64,000 bases of DNA from an uncultured Nitrososphaeraceae archaeon (GTDB lineage: Archaea > Thermoproteota > Nitrososphaeria > Nitrososphaerales > Nitrososphaeraceae). Positions 42,691 to 52,946 of the stretch are shown piece by piece (the first letter of the stretch is position 1; each line of letters opens with the position of its first letter). The stretch spans positions 32,001 to 96,000 of the forward strand of contig CAWGVG010000028.1 in assembly GCA_963825865.1 (NCBI GenBank), given 5' to 3'. The notes under the pieces are model-generated. The model had not been told where the DNA came from and did not search any database. It saw nothing but the letters and a program-made list of their open reading frames with translations. The position numbers and the translations under genes are program-made.

Positions 42691-43899
42691 TTATTTTCTC
42701 CTCTCTTTGAGTTTGCCGTTAGTCCCTATTGCATTTGCAATTATTGATTGCAAACCCCAGATCTCTACGAATCCTTTTGCTAGACCCTGGTCAAAGGTAG
42801 ACCCAGCGGCGTATGTTGCTAGATCATTTTTGTAAAGAGAATATTTTGACTCTCTTCCAACCACACGGAGCGATCCTTTTTGCATCTTTATTTTTACTTT
42901 TCCGTTAACTCTGTTCTGTGTTGCATCTATAAATCTATCCAAGTCTCTTCGAAGTGGATCTTGCCATAAACCCGAATAAATTAACCAGCTCCACTGCTCA
43001 TCTACAAGCTGTTTGAATCGAAGCTCGTGTTTAGTTAATACCATCTTTTCAAGATCTTTGTGTGCTTCGATTATTGCAATAGCCGCAGGAGCTTCATAAA
43101 CTTCCCTGGACTTTATTCCAACAACTCTGTCTTCTATATGATCTACTATACCTACTCCAAAGGAACCAACTTTTTCATTAACATATTCTATTAAACCATC
43201 CATGTTCATATGTCTGCCGTCAGCAGCGATTGGAATGCCATCTTCAAATTCTAATTCAAGATAACCTGCCTTGTCATTGTTGAATTTTACGAATTGAAAC
43301 GCATCTTCTGGTGGTTCAAAGTAAGCGTCCTCAATGTTACCACCTTCAATTGCTCTTCCCCAAATATTTAGATCTATACTGTACTTACTTGCTTCTGTAC
43401 TAATTGGAATGTTTTGTTGCTTGGCAAATTTCATCTCGATATCTCTCGTGAGGTTCATGTCTCTTATTGGGGCAATGATTTTCAATTTTGGATTTATAGA
43501 ACGGATTGTAACATCAAACCTAATTTGATCATTGCCCTTTCCTGTACAGCCATGAGCAATAGCATTGGCTCCTTCTATATTTGCCACTTCTGTTGCTTTA
43601 GTTGCAATTAAAGGGCGAGCAAGAGCTGTTGCGAGAGGGTATTTGCCTTGATATAATCCATTTGCCTTAATGCACGGAATGACATAAGTCAATGCAAATT
43701 CTTCTTTAGCATCGATGTAAATATGCTTTATTGCACCGATTGACTTGGCATTTTTTTCAATTTCTTTAAAATCATCTTTCTGTCCACAATCCACTGTTAC
43801 AGTGATAACATCGTGATTGTGTATTGTCTGCAAATACTTGATACAGACCGAGGTGTCCAATCCTCCTGAATATGCGAGTACAACTTTGTCTTTTACCAT
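42691..43899 (-). CDS. argG: Argininosuccinate synthase
   Basis: LAYSGGLDTS, HGCTGKGNDQ.RF, YSID.N.WGR and GIKSREVYEAP motifs. Confidence 0.97.
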   Translation of the reverse strand: MVKDKVVLAYSGGLDTSVCIKYLQTIHNHDVITVTVDCGQKDDFKEIEKNAKSIGAIKHIYIDAKEEFALTYVIPCIKANGLYQGKYPLATALARPLIATKATEVANIEGANAIAHGCTGKGNDQIRFDVTIRSINPKLKIIAPIRDMNLTRDIEMKFAKQQNIPISTEASKYSIDLNIWGRAIEGGNIEDAYFEPPEDAFQFVKFNNDKAGYLELEFEDGIPIAADGRHMNMDGLIEYVNEKVGSFGVGIVDHIEDRVVGIKSREVYEAPAAIAIIEAHKDLEKMVLTKHELRFKQLVDEQWSWLIYSGLWQDPLRRDLDRFIDATQNRVNGKVKIKMQKGSLRVVGRESKYSLYKNDLATYAAGSTFDQGLAKGFVEIWGLQSIIANAIGTNGKLKERRK

Positions 43900-43975
43900 A
43901 TAATACGCGTTGCATTAATACCATTAAATTTATATTTTTTGGCCAAGAACGACCCTAATAAGGTTAGAATGAACA

Positions 43976-44659
43976 ATGACGGTCAGTGAGAAATCAATTA
44001 GCAGCACGGTTAAAGGCATCATAAATAGCGATCTTTCTTTCCAAGATTCATTGCAACACGATTATTGTAACATCACCGCACTTGCAAGATTAATCAAACC
44101 ACAAATTGATCAAATACGAGATCGGAATACTAACATTGAAAGTATAATTACTGCGGTTAAACGTTCAAAAAATCTTTATAATGCCTCAAAGCTACCAACT
44201 GCGTCAATTCTTGCAAGTAGTACAATCAGTGTGAAGACTGATGTTGCGAAGTTATCTGCAGGCAAAAACAAGAAAACGATAGAGAAGGTTGCAAAGGCTT
44301 TAATACAAAACACAGACAATTTTATTAGCGTCTCTGAAAGTATTTTATCAATTACATTAGTATTTGATGATGCCGTATTGGATACAGTCAAAGCAATCTT
44401 TTCCAATTATGAGATTTTGGAAATTGAGGAAGATTTGGCTGCCATTATGGTTCACAGTCCAGAAGAAATTATTAAAACCCCTGGCTGTGCTATTGCTTTC
44501 TACAACCAACTAGCCCATAGGCATATAAATATTGAAGATACAGTCAGCTGCTATACAGATACTATTGTTCTTGTTAAAATGAGCGATGTAGGAAAGGCAT
44601 TTCATGCTTTAACCGATCTAATATCAAACTCACGCAAAATTCCAAAGAAAAGGCGATAA
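43976..44659 (+). CDS. ACT-domain amino-acid-binding regulator
   Basis: N-terminal helical NITALARLI; C-terminal ACT domain TPG..FY..LA...INIE..SCYTD; divergent from argG. Confidence 0.75.
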   Translation: MTVSEKSISSTVKGIINSDLSFQDSLQHDYCNITALARLIKPQIDQIRDRNTNIESIITAVKRSKNLYNASKLPTASILASSTISVKTDVAKLSAGKNKKTIEKVAKALIQNTDNFISVSESILSITLVFDDAVLDTVKAIFSNYEILEIEEDLAAIMVHSPEEIIKTPGCAIAFYNQLAHRHINIEDTVSCYTDTIVLVKMSDVGKAFHALTDLISNSRKIPKKRR

Positions 44660-44691
44660 GAGTTTTATTCTACTACAAGCTTGACGAGTTT

Positions 44692-45615
44692 ATGTACAGA
44701 AGGTACACACTAGATGAGGTTAAACGTAAAATTATCAATGTCTTACAAATCAATAGAACCGGTCTCTCAGGCATTGAACTTGCCGATAAAACTGGAATTA
44801 ACAGAATGACTATCACGAAGTATCTAAATGTTCTATCTACAATTGGTCTGATCAAGAAAAAAAAGTTGGGTTCTGTAAATGTGTGGTTTCTCGAAACTGG
44901 GGTTATAGACTTTGAATTTCCACTAAATTATCTTGAAGTTCAACAAAAATTTATGAATGCAATCATGGTTGGAGATGAAAATCAATTACGACGAATTATA
45001 ATAAATGTAATTAATTCCGATATCGAGCCAATAAAGATTTTAACACATGTCATCCTGCCAACTTTGAACACACTGAATGATCTTTACAGCAGGGGCCGGC
45101 TGGGTAAGACAGAACGAATTTCTCTCTTAAATATGATATTGGATCTAGTCGATTTAATGAAGTTTAATGTGCAGCCTGTGGAAATTAAATCTAATGCATT
45201 TGCCATCATTGTGGCAGGCTCAGAAGATCGAATTTATTATGCCAAGATCGGAGCCGTGTCTTTGCAAATTTTAGGTTGGAATTCGTTATACATAGGCAAT
45301 GTTGAACAGCATATAGATCCATTTTTTGACATTGATTTTCAGCGTTATATAATGCAAGTTTGGAATAACAAAAAAGGCTTAATGATAATATGCATTTATA
45401 CATCTGAAGAAAGCTCTTTACGTTTTCTAAATGCCGCTACAAAGTCAATAAAGGCAAAATTGAAAGGGCGTGTTAATATAGTATTATTGACCACACCTGA
45501 ACTTCAGCTTGTGTCAGAAGATATTGGCGCTGACTATCACGCTAAGGACTTACAATCTTTAATTGAGTGGACCGAACGTGAATATAAAAAATTAAAGTGG
45601 CAGGATCTAAACTAG
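44692..45615 (+). CDS. wHTH regulator with B12-binding-like cap and Rossmann domains
   Basis: GLSGIELA..TGINRMTITKYL; ILPTL..L..LY..GRL...E; LQILGW..LYIG. Confidence 0.65.
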   Translation: MYRRYTLDEVKRKIINVLQINRTGLSGIELADKTGINRMTITKYLNVLSTIGLIKKKKLGSVNVWFLETGVIDFEFPLNYLEVQQKFMNAIMVGDENQLRRIIINVINSDIEPIKILTHVILPTLNTLNDLYSRGRLGKTERISLLNMILDLVDLMKFNVQPVEIKSNAFAIIVAGSEDRIYYAKIGAVSLQILGWNSLYIGNVEQHIDPFFDIDFQRYIMQVWNNKKGLMIICIYTSEESSLRFLNAATKSIKAKLKGRVNIVLLTTPELQLVSEDIGADYHAKDLQSLIEWTEREYKKLKWQDLN

Positions 45616-46117
45616 ATGATAGGTAGCAGAGTTGACATGCGGGCGCACTAAGAGAACTTGTTAATTCATTAGGTTTGCAGAGTAAGCTTATGATATCCTG
45701 TTAACCATTGCTAGACATTCTTATTCTGGTAAAATTCAATGACTAAATGCATCTGATGATGTTACGTGTGATGTATTCTCACTCTTTTAGAACTACTGTA
45801 AACATTCAATGTGATTTTCAAATTACTCGTCTGGCTTTCATTCCTGTGTAGCCTTCGCTGCCATAATCACCCACTGCAACCAGAAGATTCCTTTGATAGA
45901 ACTTTTTGCGTCACCAACTATTATTGCATCTATAAGCAAACCTCACTCCATGAATAACGCTCTTTAACTACGTCAATGCTTGTTTCTGTTTTTCTAACTT
46001 TAGTTTGTTATGATTATTCCATGATTTCTTGGTGTTATGTTTAATCTGCCAAAATATTTGTCATGGACTTTCCAGAATGTTTGAACAATGAAATTTTTCA
46101 GGTCTTCTTTCATCTGT

Positions 46118-46626
46118 TTAAGATCCAGTGTTTTTGGTCAGTTTTTCAATAATTGCTTTATGTTCAGGGTACATCTGTATGAGTTTATTTCTTTCTCCTA
46201 ATTCAAAGTCTCGAAAATCAAAACCTGGTGATAGTGTACATCCCATTAATGAGTATGATGAACAATCACTGACAATTGCCCCAAACCAAGAACCAGCTTT
46301 AACTATGCTTTGGAACCTTTCTCCTTTTTCTAATCATTTCCAAGCATTATCGTCATTACCTTTTTATTTTCAAGAACATAGAGGATAATAGGACTACCCG
46401 TATAAAAATGCCATATTTCATCGGATTTTATTCTGTGGAGTGCTGAAAATTGATGACCGTCTAACAAAAAGTAAATTGCACTTGAAATAGAACGAGAGCC
46501 GTTAAATCCCATTAGAAGATCAACTGTCATATCAGACCTATAGGTTTCTCTATAATAACCACCTTCAGGATGTTCAGAAAGTTGAAGTTTCTCTATCCAA
46601 TAACAAGCAGTGGATTTTTTATTCAT
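46118..46626 (-). CDS. Cupin_5 (DUF985) protein (frameshift near 46330)
   Basis: LQL.EHPEGGYYRETYRS, IYFLL, HRIKSDEIWHFY.G, AGSWFGA, GCTLSPGFDF.DFE. Confidence 0.88.
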
Positions 46627-46884
46627 AATAAAAACATATAGATATCGTATTATAGCATTTTAATTAGATCTTTACAACCGTTCTGGAAAAACTAGAAATA
46701 GCATCTAGAAAAGTACGTTATTCAATCGAGAAGCCCGTTGGAAATGTTTTCCACAACTTTAAGTCAACGTTTACTTCACGGTCCATATTTACCAGCAAAA
46801 TACCAACAATAATCTAACTATTTAATTGGAGCGAGAAGCGTACCTTCTGGCATAAAGAAAACATACCCAAAGATTAGGAAAGAT

Positions 46885-47343
46885 TTAATGACATTTGTGT
46901 TTTCTCAACTTCTCTGTAATAGATCTATGTTTTTCACTCCAATGCTTTAGAAATTCTGTGACAATGGGCTCCAAATCACTTGATTGCAGATCTGCTGCTG
47001 TATTTCTAGCAAGTTTGCCCATGTCATTTCCATATTGCACACAACTCCAACAACCAATGAAGGGAATCAAAGGAGCTATATAGTAACCTGCATGCTTACC
47101 AGTAAATCCCCATGCTTCACCTACCAAACAATACTTGGAATCATGAGCAATGATATGTTTGTCTTTTTCATCGAGGCCAAGTTTTAATCTCTTAGACCAT
47201 GTAGGACATACATATTCGAGTGAAAGATGGTGATTTAATTTGTGCTTTACCATTTTTTCACTCTGTTGAATGTTATTATCAGTATTATTGTTATTATTGT
47301 AAGACCGGCTAAATCTGACCATGCTATATAACAACGCAAGCAT
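46885..47343 (-). CDS. Hypothetical Cys/His-containing protein
   Basis: Intact ORF; CPTW, YCLVGEAWG, CWSC and HW..KH. Confidence 0.6.
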   Translation of the reverse strand: MLALLYSMVRFSRSYNNNNNTDNNIQQSEKMVKHKLNHHLSLEYVCPTWSKRLKLGLDEKDKHIIAHDSKYCLVGEAWGFTGKHAGYYIAPLIPFIGCWSCVQYGNDMGKLARNTAADLQSSDLEPIVTEFLKHWSEKHRSITEKLRKHKCH

Positions 47344-47387
47344 TTATAATATATTTTACCATCATTCTTTTCTTGCCTCTAAACATA

Positions 47388-47670
47388 ATGGTGACAGCAA
47401 GTACTTTACTACACAACCGAGGGATAAGGCAGCATTGCTATTTGATGCAGAAATAGAACCCAGTGGATAGATTATTTGATGGAAAGAATGTCCAAAGATT
47501 TCAGTACCACGTAAAGGATCCTAATATGGGTCGAGAAATATTGGACTGTAAGCAAGAGAACATCCGAACAAATTGATGCATTATTAGCGAAGGTCATAAC
47601 TTGCTCAAAATACAAAGGTTTGGTTTAGGTAAGGATGCAAGATACCAAACCTCCACACTATTTTTATCCT
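47388..47670 (+). pseudogene. Remnant of a small beta-rich protein, possibly an OB-fold SSB-like protein of mobile origin
   Basis: Across frames: SKYF..QP.DK..LLFD; FDGKNVQRFQYHVKDPN; YWTVSKRTSEQIDALL; GHNLLKIQRFGLGKDARY. Confidence 0.4.
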
Positions 47671-48442
47671 CAGAACGAGGTAGTTATTATTTTTTGATAT
47701 ATGATTTAGTTTTAATTTAGATTACCCATAAGCGTATTGTTATACTTTTAATTAGATATTTACTTGTCACTATAATAAACTTGTTCATATTCTGCCATGA
47801 ATCTCTGCTTAATACACTCAACCAAATTAATTTTATTTTGCTTATCGTTTAATTCATTGCTATTATCTTTACTTTTGATGCCTAGCGATTCTAATTCTGT
47901 TAACCACCAACCATCCTTTTCAGGATGTTCTTCGTAGAAAATATTGTCAAACAATTCGGATCATTCCCAAGATATTCTTCACGAAAATATAAAAAGGTTT
48001 TTTCAAGCAAGGATATGAATTGGTATAACTATTGTTTAATTGACTAAACCGTAGTTATACCAATAACTACCGAACGCTAGTATGTTGTTTGTTTTTTTCG
48101 CATTATTGTTGCTGTGCATTGATGTAGACATAAATTTAGCATAACACTAAAATATTTTCAACTTTGCTTAGTCCCTCATCTTGAGCTTTTGTTACACTCC
48201 TCTCTGTTGGATATTTTTTTGTTCATCTATGTCTTCAACCTTCTGGTAATCTTTGCTGTTTTTAATCTTCTTAATTCTACGTCAGAAAGCAAAACTATCC
48301 TATACTAAAAGTCACAGTTTCTGCCTTTTTATCAAAGCTCTTAAATCCTGTTTTTCTACCTTTAGGTCTATTGTATCCCTAAACAACGAAAAATATTGAC
48401 GAAGTAGGAGTTAGTGTTTTAATTTTCTCACATGATATAGAT

Positions 48443-48946
48443 TTAAGGAAATTTGCTAGTTGCATCAGTGGTAAAAAGAATTTCTACAAATACTCTATAT
48501 TCTAGATGAGTAGGATTATCAATTAAATGATCTTTAGCAAAGTCAGGATTGTTGATGCCTTTCAGTTCTTTACCACACTTAATACATTTGATTGTATACT
48601 TTCTAGGAGGAGGAGTTGGCTTTTCTCTTAATGCAATTATACCTGATATTATATACAATGCTAATCCTGGAATACCCCATATTTGTACTGTTAAAAATAG
48701 AATAATTCCACAAGACATCAGTATAATTCCTACAAGTTTTGTATTTTTTATATAAAACACAACAACAATCGCTGCTATGTTAATTGCAATTATTACAATC
48801 GCAATAAGGACTGCGGTACCTAAGAAAAGAGCTAAAACTGGAATACCAGTCAAACTATTTATAAAAACATAAGCAAAAACGCCTAATAATGGAACGACAA
48901 GACCAAGAATTGCAGTAATTAATGTAAATTTCTGATATAACTTCAT
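48443..48946 (-). CDS. Four-helix membrane protein with a C-terminal C2H2-like zinc finger
   Basis: Four hydrophobic helices, a PTPPP linker, then CIKC...H.....H. Confidence 0.65.
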   Translation of the reverse strand: MKLYQKFTLITAILGLVVPLLGVFAYVFINSLTGIPVLALFLGTAVLIAIVIIAINIAAIVVVFYIKNTKLVGIILMSCGIILFLTVQIWGIPGLALYIISGIIALREKPTPPPRKYTIKCIKCGKELKGINNPDFAKDHLIDNPTHLEYRVFVEILFTTDATSKFP

Positions 48947-49862
48947 TTGTTACACTATGTATTGTTATTATTATTTATACCAATCAAATAATGCTACTCC
49001 ATTATACTTAAGGAAGCCTTCCTTGCTTTCACTATCTTCACTATAATAAAAGAAGTTGAGTTTTTTCAACATCCCAATTAGAAATTGTTCCGTAAAGGCC
49101 AAAGTGGAATAAGTTATATGAATCCTGCATGATGAAATTAAATGATTTTATTAATTTATTCAACAAGGTTTTACTTTTCTTGAAAAGAAATCTTTTTCGA
49201 GATTTAGGAACGCAAAGGATAACTTTAACATATGTAGTGTTATGAATGGCTTTTCCATTGCTCAGAATTCTTTTGGAAAGCATTAGCGGTACTGTCAGGT
49301 ATAATTTGTAGCAATTGCTTAAAAGGGAATTGCATAGCCTGACGATACCGTTAGCAAATTTATATGATTTAGTGTTTGCTATAACTAGCCTAGAAGTAGA
49401 TGCCTTCGCAAATAAAAATAATACAACTCCTGAATATGAATATAAGTATAAGAACAACCCAGGTGCAGGCTCCATAGAAAGTTCTAATCGTCCTCCACCA
49501 CCAATATAATTCCACTATGGAATAGCTTTGACTTTTCTCTGTATGTGTGTTAGGATAGTACATCTGTTGGAACAAATGGCTTGTGATAAATTAGTAATAC
49601 CGTTTCTATGTGACTAACTATAGATAGTATTAGTATTATTTTACATCAGCTTTGTTTAATTTTATATCCCAAAAGAACTTGATGGATAGATGAAGCATAT
49701 AGCTAAACAAGTCATAATTATGAATTTTAATTGAACCTACAATCCTAAGAGAATAGCCTGAACGGGCTCAGTATAATGCAGTTGAAAAAATCATAAAAGA
49801 ATATTTAAAAATTATAATTCCTTCAACGAACTGTTATAACTAATAATTACCTGTGTTAGCAT

Positions 49863-50111
49863 ATGGGAAAAAACGAAACGGAACAACAAGGGATGACATC
49901 AGCAACTCAGTGGGCAGATCTAATGGGACAGCTTTTCGATAGACTAACAGGAAAAGGAGCGGTAATATCATATAGTTTTAAAAACTTGGAAGTAGACATT
50001 CCAAAAGCAGCAGGTCCACAAGGGCAGACATTGGGTAGTGCTAAATGGGTGGTTAATGGTGAGTTAGTCATAAAAGCTCAAGCTCAGACATCCAGTGAAA
50101 TAGGGAGATAA
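49863..50111 (+). CDS. Hypothetical protein
   Basis: Clean 82-aa ORF with TTATAA about 30 nt upstream. Confidence 0.65.
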   Translation: MGKNETEQQGMTSATQWADLMGQLFDRLTGKGAVISYSFKNLEVDIPKAAGPQGQTLGSAKWVVNGELVIKAQAQTSSEIGR

Positions 50112-50420
50112 ATAACAAAGAATATATAGAAATATTTGATTGCAAAGAGAAATTGTCTAGACAAAGAACTAAAAGGATATGGTTAAAACGCCTATTAGTA
50201 AATGATCGTGATGGTATTGATTTTTTCAACTTTTAATTACTACAACAAAAACTACCAGTTACAGTTTTTCATCATCATATTCGCCAGTAGTAAAACTAAT
50301 ATTGTCATGTTACCAGCGGGAAAGTGGTGACACTCATTAAAGGTTTAAATGAAGTAATTCAAAAAAACAACACCAACTAGGACTAACATATGCTAAAGCC
50401 CGTTCCTAACTATCACAACC

Positions 50421-51575
50421 CTATAATCTTTTCAATGCAGTCACCAATTTATCGATATCTTCTTCATTGTTGTAGAAATGAGGAGAAACTCTAATACCGT
50501 TTCCTCTTGCTGATACAATTATTTTTTTCTTCTTTTTCAATTCTATAACGACATCAAGAGGCTTTCTCTCTTTTGGTTTAAATACAATTATTCCTGATCT
50601 ATACTTTTTCTCTTCTATTGGTGATAGAATTTCGAGGTTCAAATTTTGGAGCTTATCTATTAAATAATCTGTTATTTTGAGAATTCGTCTTTCGATTTGG
50701 TTTATTCCGATTTTTGATATATATTTAATTGCTGCATTTAATGCAATTATATTTGGAAAATGTGGAGTGCCTAATTCAAATCTCGTTGCTGTATTGGATA
50801 CATCCAATTTTGTGTTATTATTGAAATTTTCTCTACTCTTTTGACCAGATTGACTAAAAAATGGTGGCTTAAATTTAAGATTTCTAAAATATTTCTTTTT
50901 TACATAAATAGCTCCGATCCCAAAAGATGATAGAATCCATTTATGTCCGTTTGATGCCATAAAATCAATACCAAAATCTTTAACATTAAAATATAATACC
51001 CCTAGTGATTGGGTGGCATTTACTACAAAATAGAGTCCTTTTTGTTTTGTTAGTTTGCCAAGGTCTTCTAAATCTTGTCTAAAGCCCGTAGAATATTGCA
51101 CATGGCTGGTAACTACTGTTTTTTTTGTTTTGCCATTATCTTGATCAATCATCTTTTCAATATCTTCTATGAGTATTTTATTGCCATCTCTTGCACATAC
51201 GAATTTAATATCATTTGTATTTCTATTAAGCCAAGGCAAATTAGAGGAAGGAAATTCTAATTCATTTGATATTACAATTCCCTTATCTGAAAGCATATGA
51301 GCAATAATATTCATTCCTTCGCTAGTAGAATGGGTAAATGCTATTTCTTCTCTACTATTTGCTCCAATAAACTTTGCATAAAGATCCCTGGTTTCTTCCA
51401 ATTTGGTTACCCATTCATCCCATAATGTTCCTCCATTGTTTAGTAGCTGTTGGTAAAAAGTTAATACTTTGTTGTATACTGGTATAGGTATAGGAGAAAT
51501 TGCTGCATTAGCTAGGTACACATATTTCTTTATAATTGGAAAATCATCTCTGAATCTCCTCCAATTTCTTGGCAT
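50421..51575 (-). CDS. Class V aminotransferase / cysteine desulfurase-like PLP enzyme
   Basis: YLANAA, STSEG, EFPS, GHKW, RFELGT and IRVSPHFYN motifs. Confidence 0.88.
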   Translation of the reverse strand: MPRNWRRFRDDFPIIKKYVYLANAAISPIPIPVYNKVLTFYQQLLNNGGTLWDEWVTKLEETRDLYAKFIGANSREEIAFTHSTSEGMNIIAHMLSDKGIVISNELEFPSSNLPWLNRNTNDIKFVCARDGNKILIEDIEKMIDQDNGKTKKTVVTSHVQYSTGFRQDLEDLGKLTKQKGLYFVVNATQSLGVLYFNVKDFGIDFMASNGHKWILSSFGIGAIYVKKKYFRNLKFKPPFFSQSGQKSRENFNNNTKLDVSNTATRFELGTPHFPNIIALNAAIKYISKIGINQIERRILKITDYLIDKLQNLNLEILSPIEEKKYRSGIIVFKPKERKPLDVVIELKKKKKIIVSARGNGIRVSPHFYNNEEDIDKLVTALKRL

Positions 51576-51935
51576 ATTTATTCACCAACTTTCATTAGAG
51601 TCGTTAATTTCATCATTATCAGTGCAGACAGCAGTATTAATCACAAAATCAAACCTCGTCCTGTGATTGTCTTCTATACAATATAGCACAAGAATCAGCA
51701 TTTTTCAACACTATGAAGGCAGAAGAAGATTTTAGGTGAAAGTTAAATGTCTGAAGTAACGTTCTTTACTTGCAATGAATGCTATGATATTTTGACGACC
51801 TGCAGCATAAGCTTGTTGTTGCTGTGAGATAATGAGACTTTCTACAACTACCATGGCTAACAATCCGTGCTGCTACTATAGCAATTACTGCTTATAATGT
51901 TTTGTCGTTAAACATTTTACTTCCTTGTTGGTCAC

Positions 51936-52199
51936 TCAAACTATATGTAAAGAAGCTAAATCCTGTTTCTCCACTACTACATAGTTGTCCTTGGATATTT
52001 GGTAACCTTTCTTTATTTCAGATCCTGGTATTTCTTTATTTTCTACAGAACACCATTTTTTGTGTTGAATTCTATGACCTTTGTCATCTAATTGATTAAA
52101 AGAAAAGTCCTTGCTGCTATCCGTAGCCGTATGGATCTTTACTGGAATATTAATAAGCCCAAAAGATATACTTCCTTTCCAAATACTTCTAGAGGTCAT
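51936..52199 (-). pseudogene. ku: N-terminal fragment of the NHEJ Ku protein
   Basis: RSIWKGSISFGLINIPVK...SFNQL...EIKKGYQISKDNYVVV; stops at 87 aa with no Ku-like continuation. Confidence 0.85.
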
Positions 52200-52603
52200 C
52201 CTTAATTATGTTATTATTTTGCTATTGATTTAATAGCTTGAAAATAATTAACTAATGACTTTCACTATAACCATTCTTGATAATAATAGCGGATCACAAT
52301 TCTATTGTATTTATTTATAGTTGAATTATTACTCTTTAAGACACTATTCTGCATAAAATGTTAACTATTTGAGTTAATAGATTATAAGTTACTGTAACTG
52401 AATTCCTTTATACCATTCTCTGCTACAAGAAATGCTGCATAATTATAGAACTTGCCGGTGGAAACTGTCTCCATTTGAAAGTCAGGTTGTAGAAGGTTAC
52501 TATCAGCGGAATGGTTATAATGCGTAATCACAATCCTGTCATAATACAATATATAAAATAATCAACATAGAGAGAGAAAAAAAAGATACAAAATGTTTCT
52601 ACG

Positions 52604-52747
52604 TTATTCTAATGCATCTTTTGTTTTTACTTTGGCTTTGTTAAGTGTTTCAGAGCTAGGTTTGCCTTCAGCATGATCTTCTTCGGTTTTCATTTTCGCT
52701 TCCGAATCTTGAAATGTATTCTTTATTTTTTTTGCAATGTCTGTCAT
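52604..52747 (-). CDS. 47-aa hydrophilic microprotein, LEA/CsbD-like (not in ORF track)
   Basis: MTDIAKKIKNTFQDSEAKMKTEEDHAEGKPSSETLNKAKVKTKDALE*. Confidence 0.5.
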   Translation of the reverse strand: MTDIAKKIKNTFQDSEAKMKTEEDHAEGKPSSETLNKAKVKTKDALE

Positions 52748-52946
52748 CAGTAAATATAACGACAATATGGTTTAATAGCCATTGTATAAAATGTTCTTAC
52801 TTGCTATTACCTTTATTGTCAGTATACGAAGTCTTCTAATATGCGGTTATGTTATCATTGCAGCCAAGATTTTTTATCGGAAAGCTTGAATTACCTATAT
52901 ATGTGAAAATTTGTGTATTTTTTAAAAAGGAAAATAATACTGAGGT

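Noticed and set aside
49041-49575. Overlapping ORFs on both strands, with a faint HEPN-like stretch on the + strand
   Set aside because: Multiple stops, and neither the coding strand nor a family can be supported.
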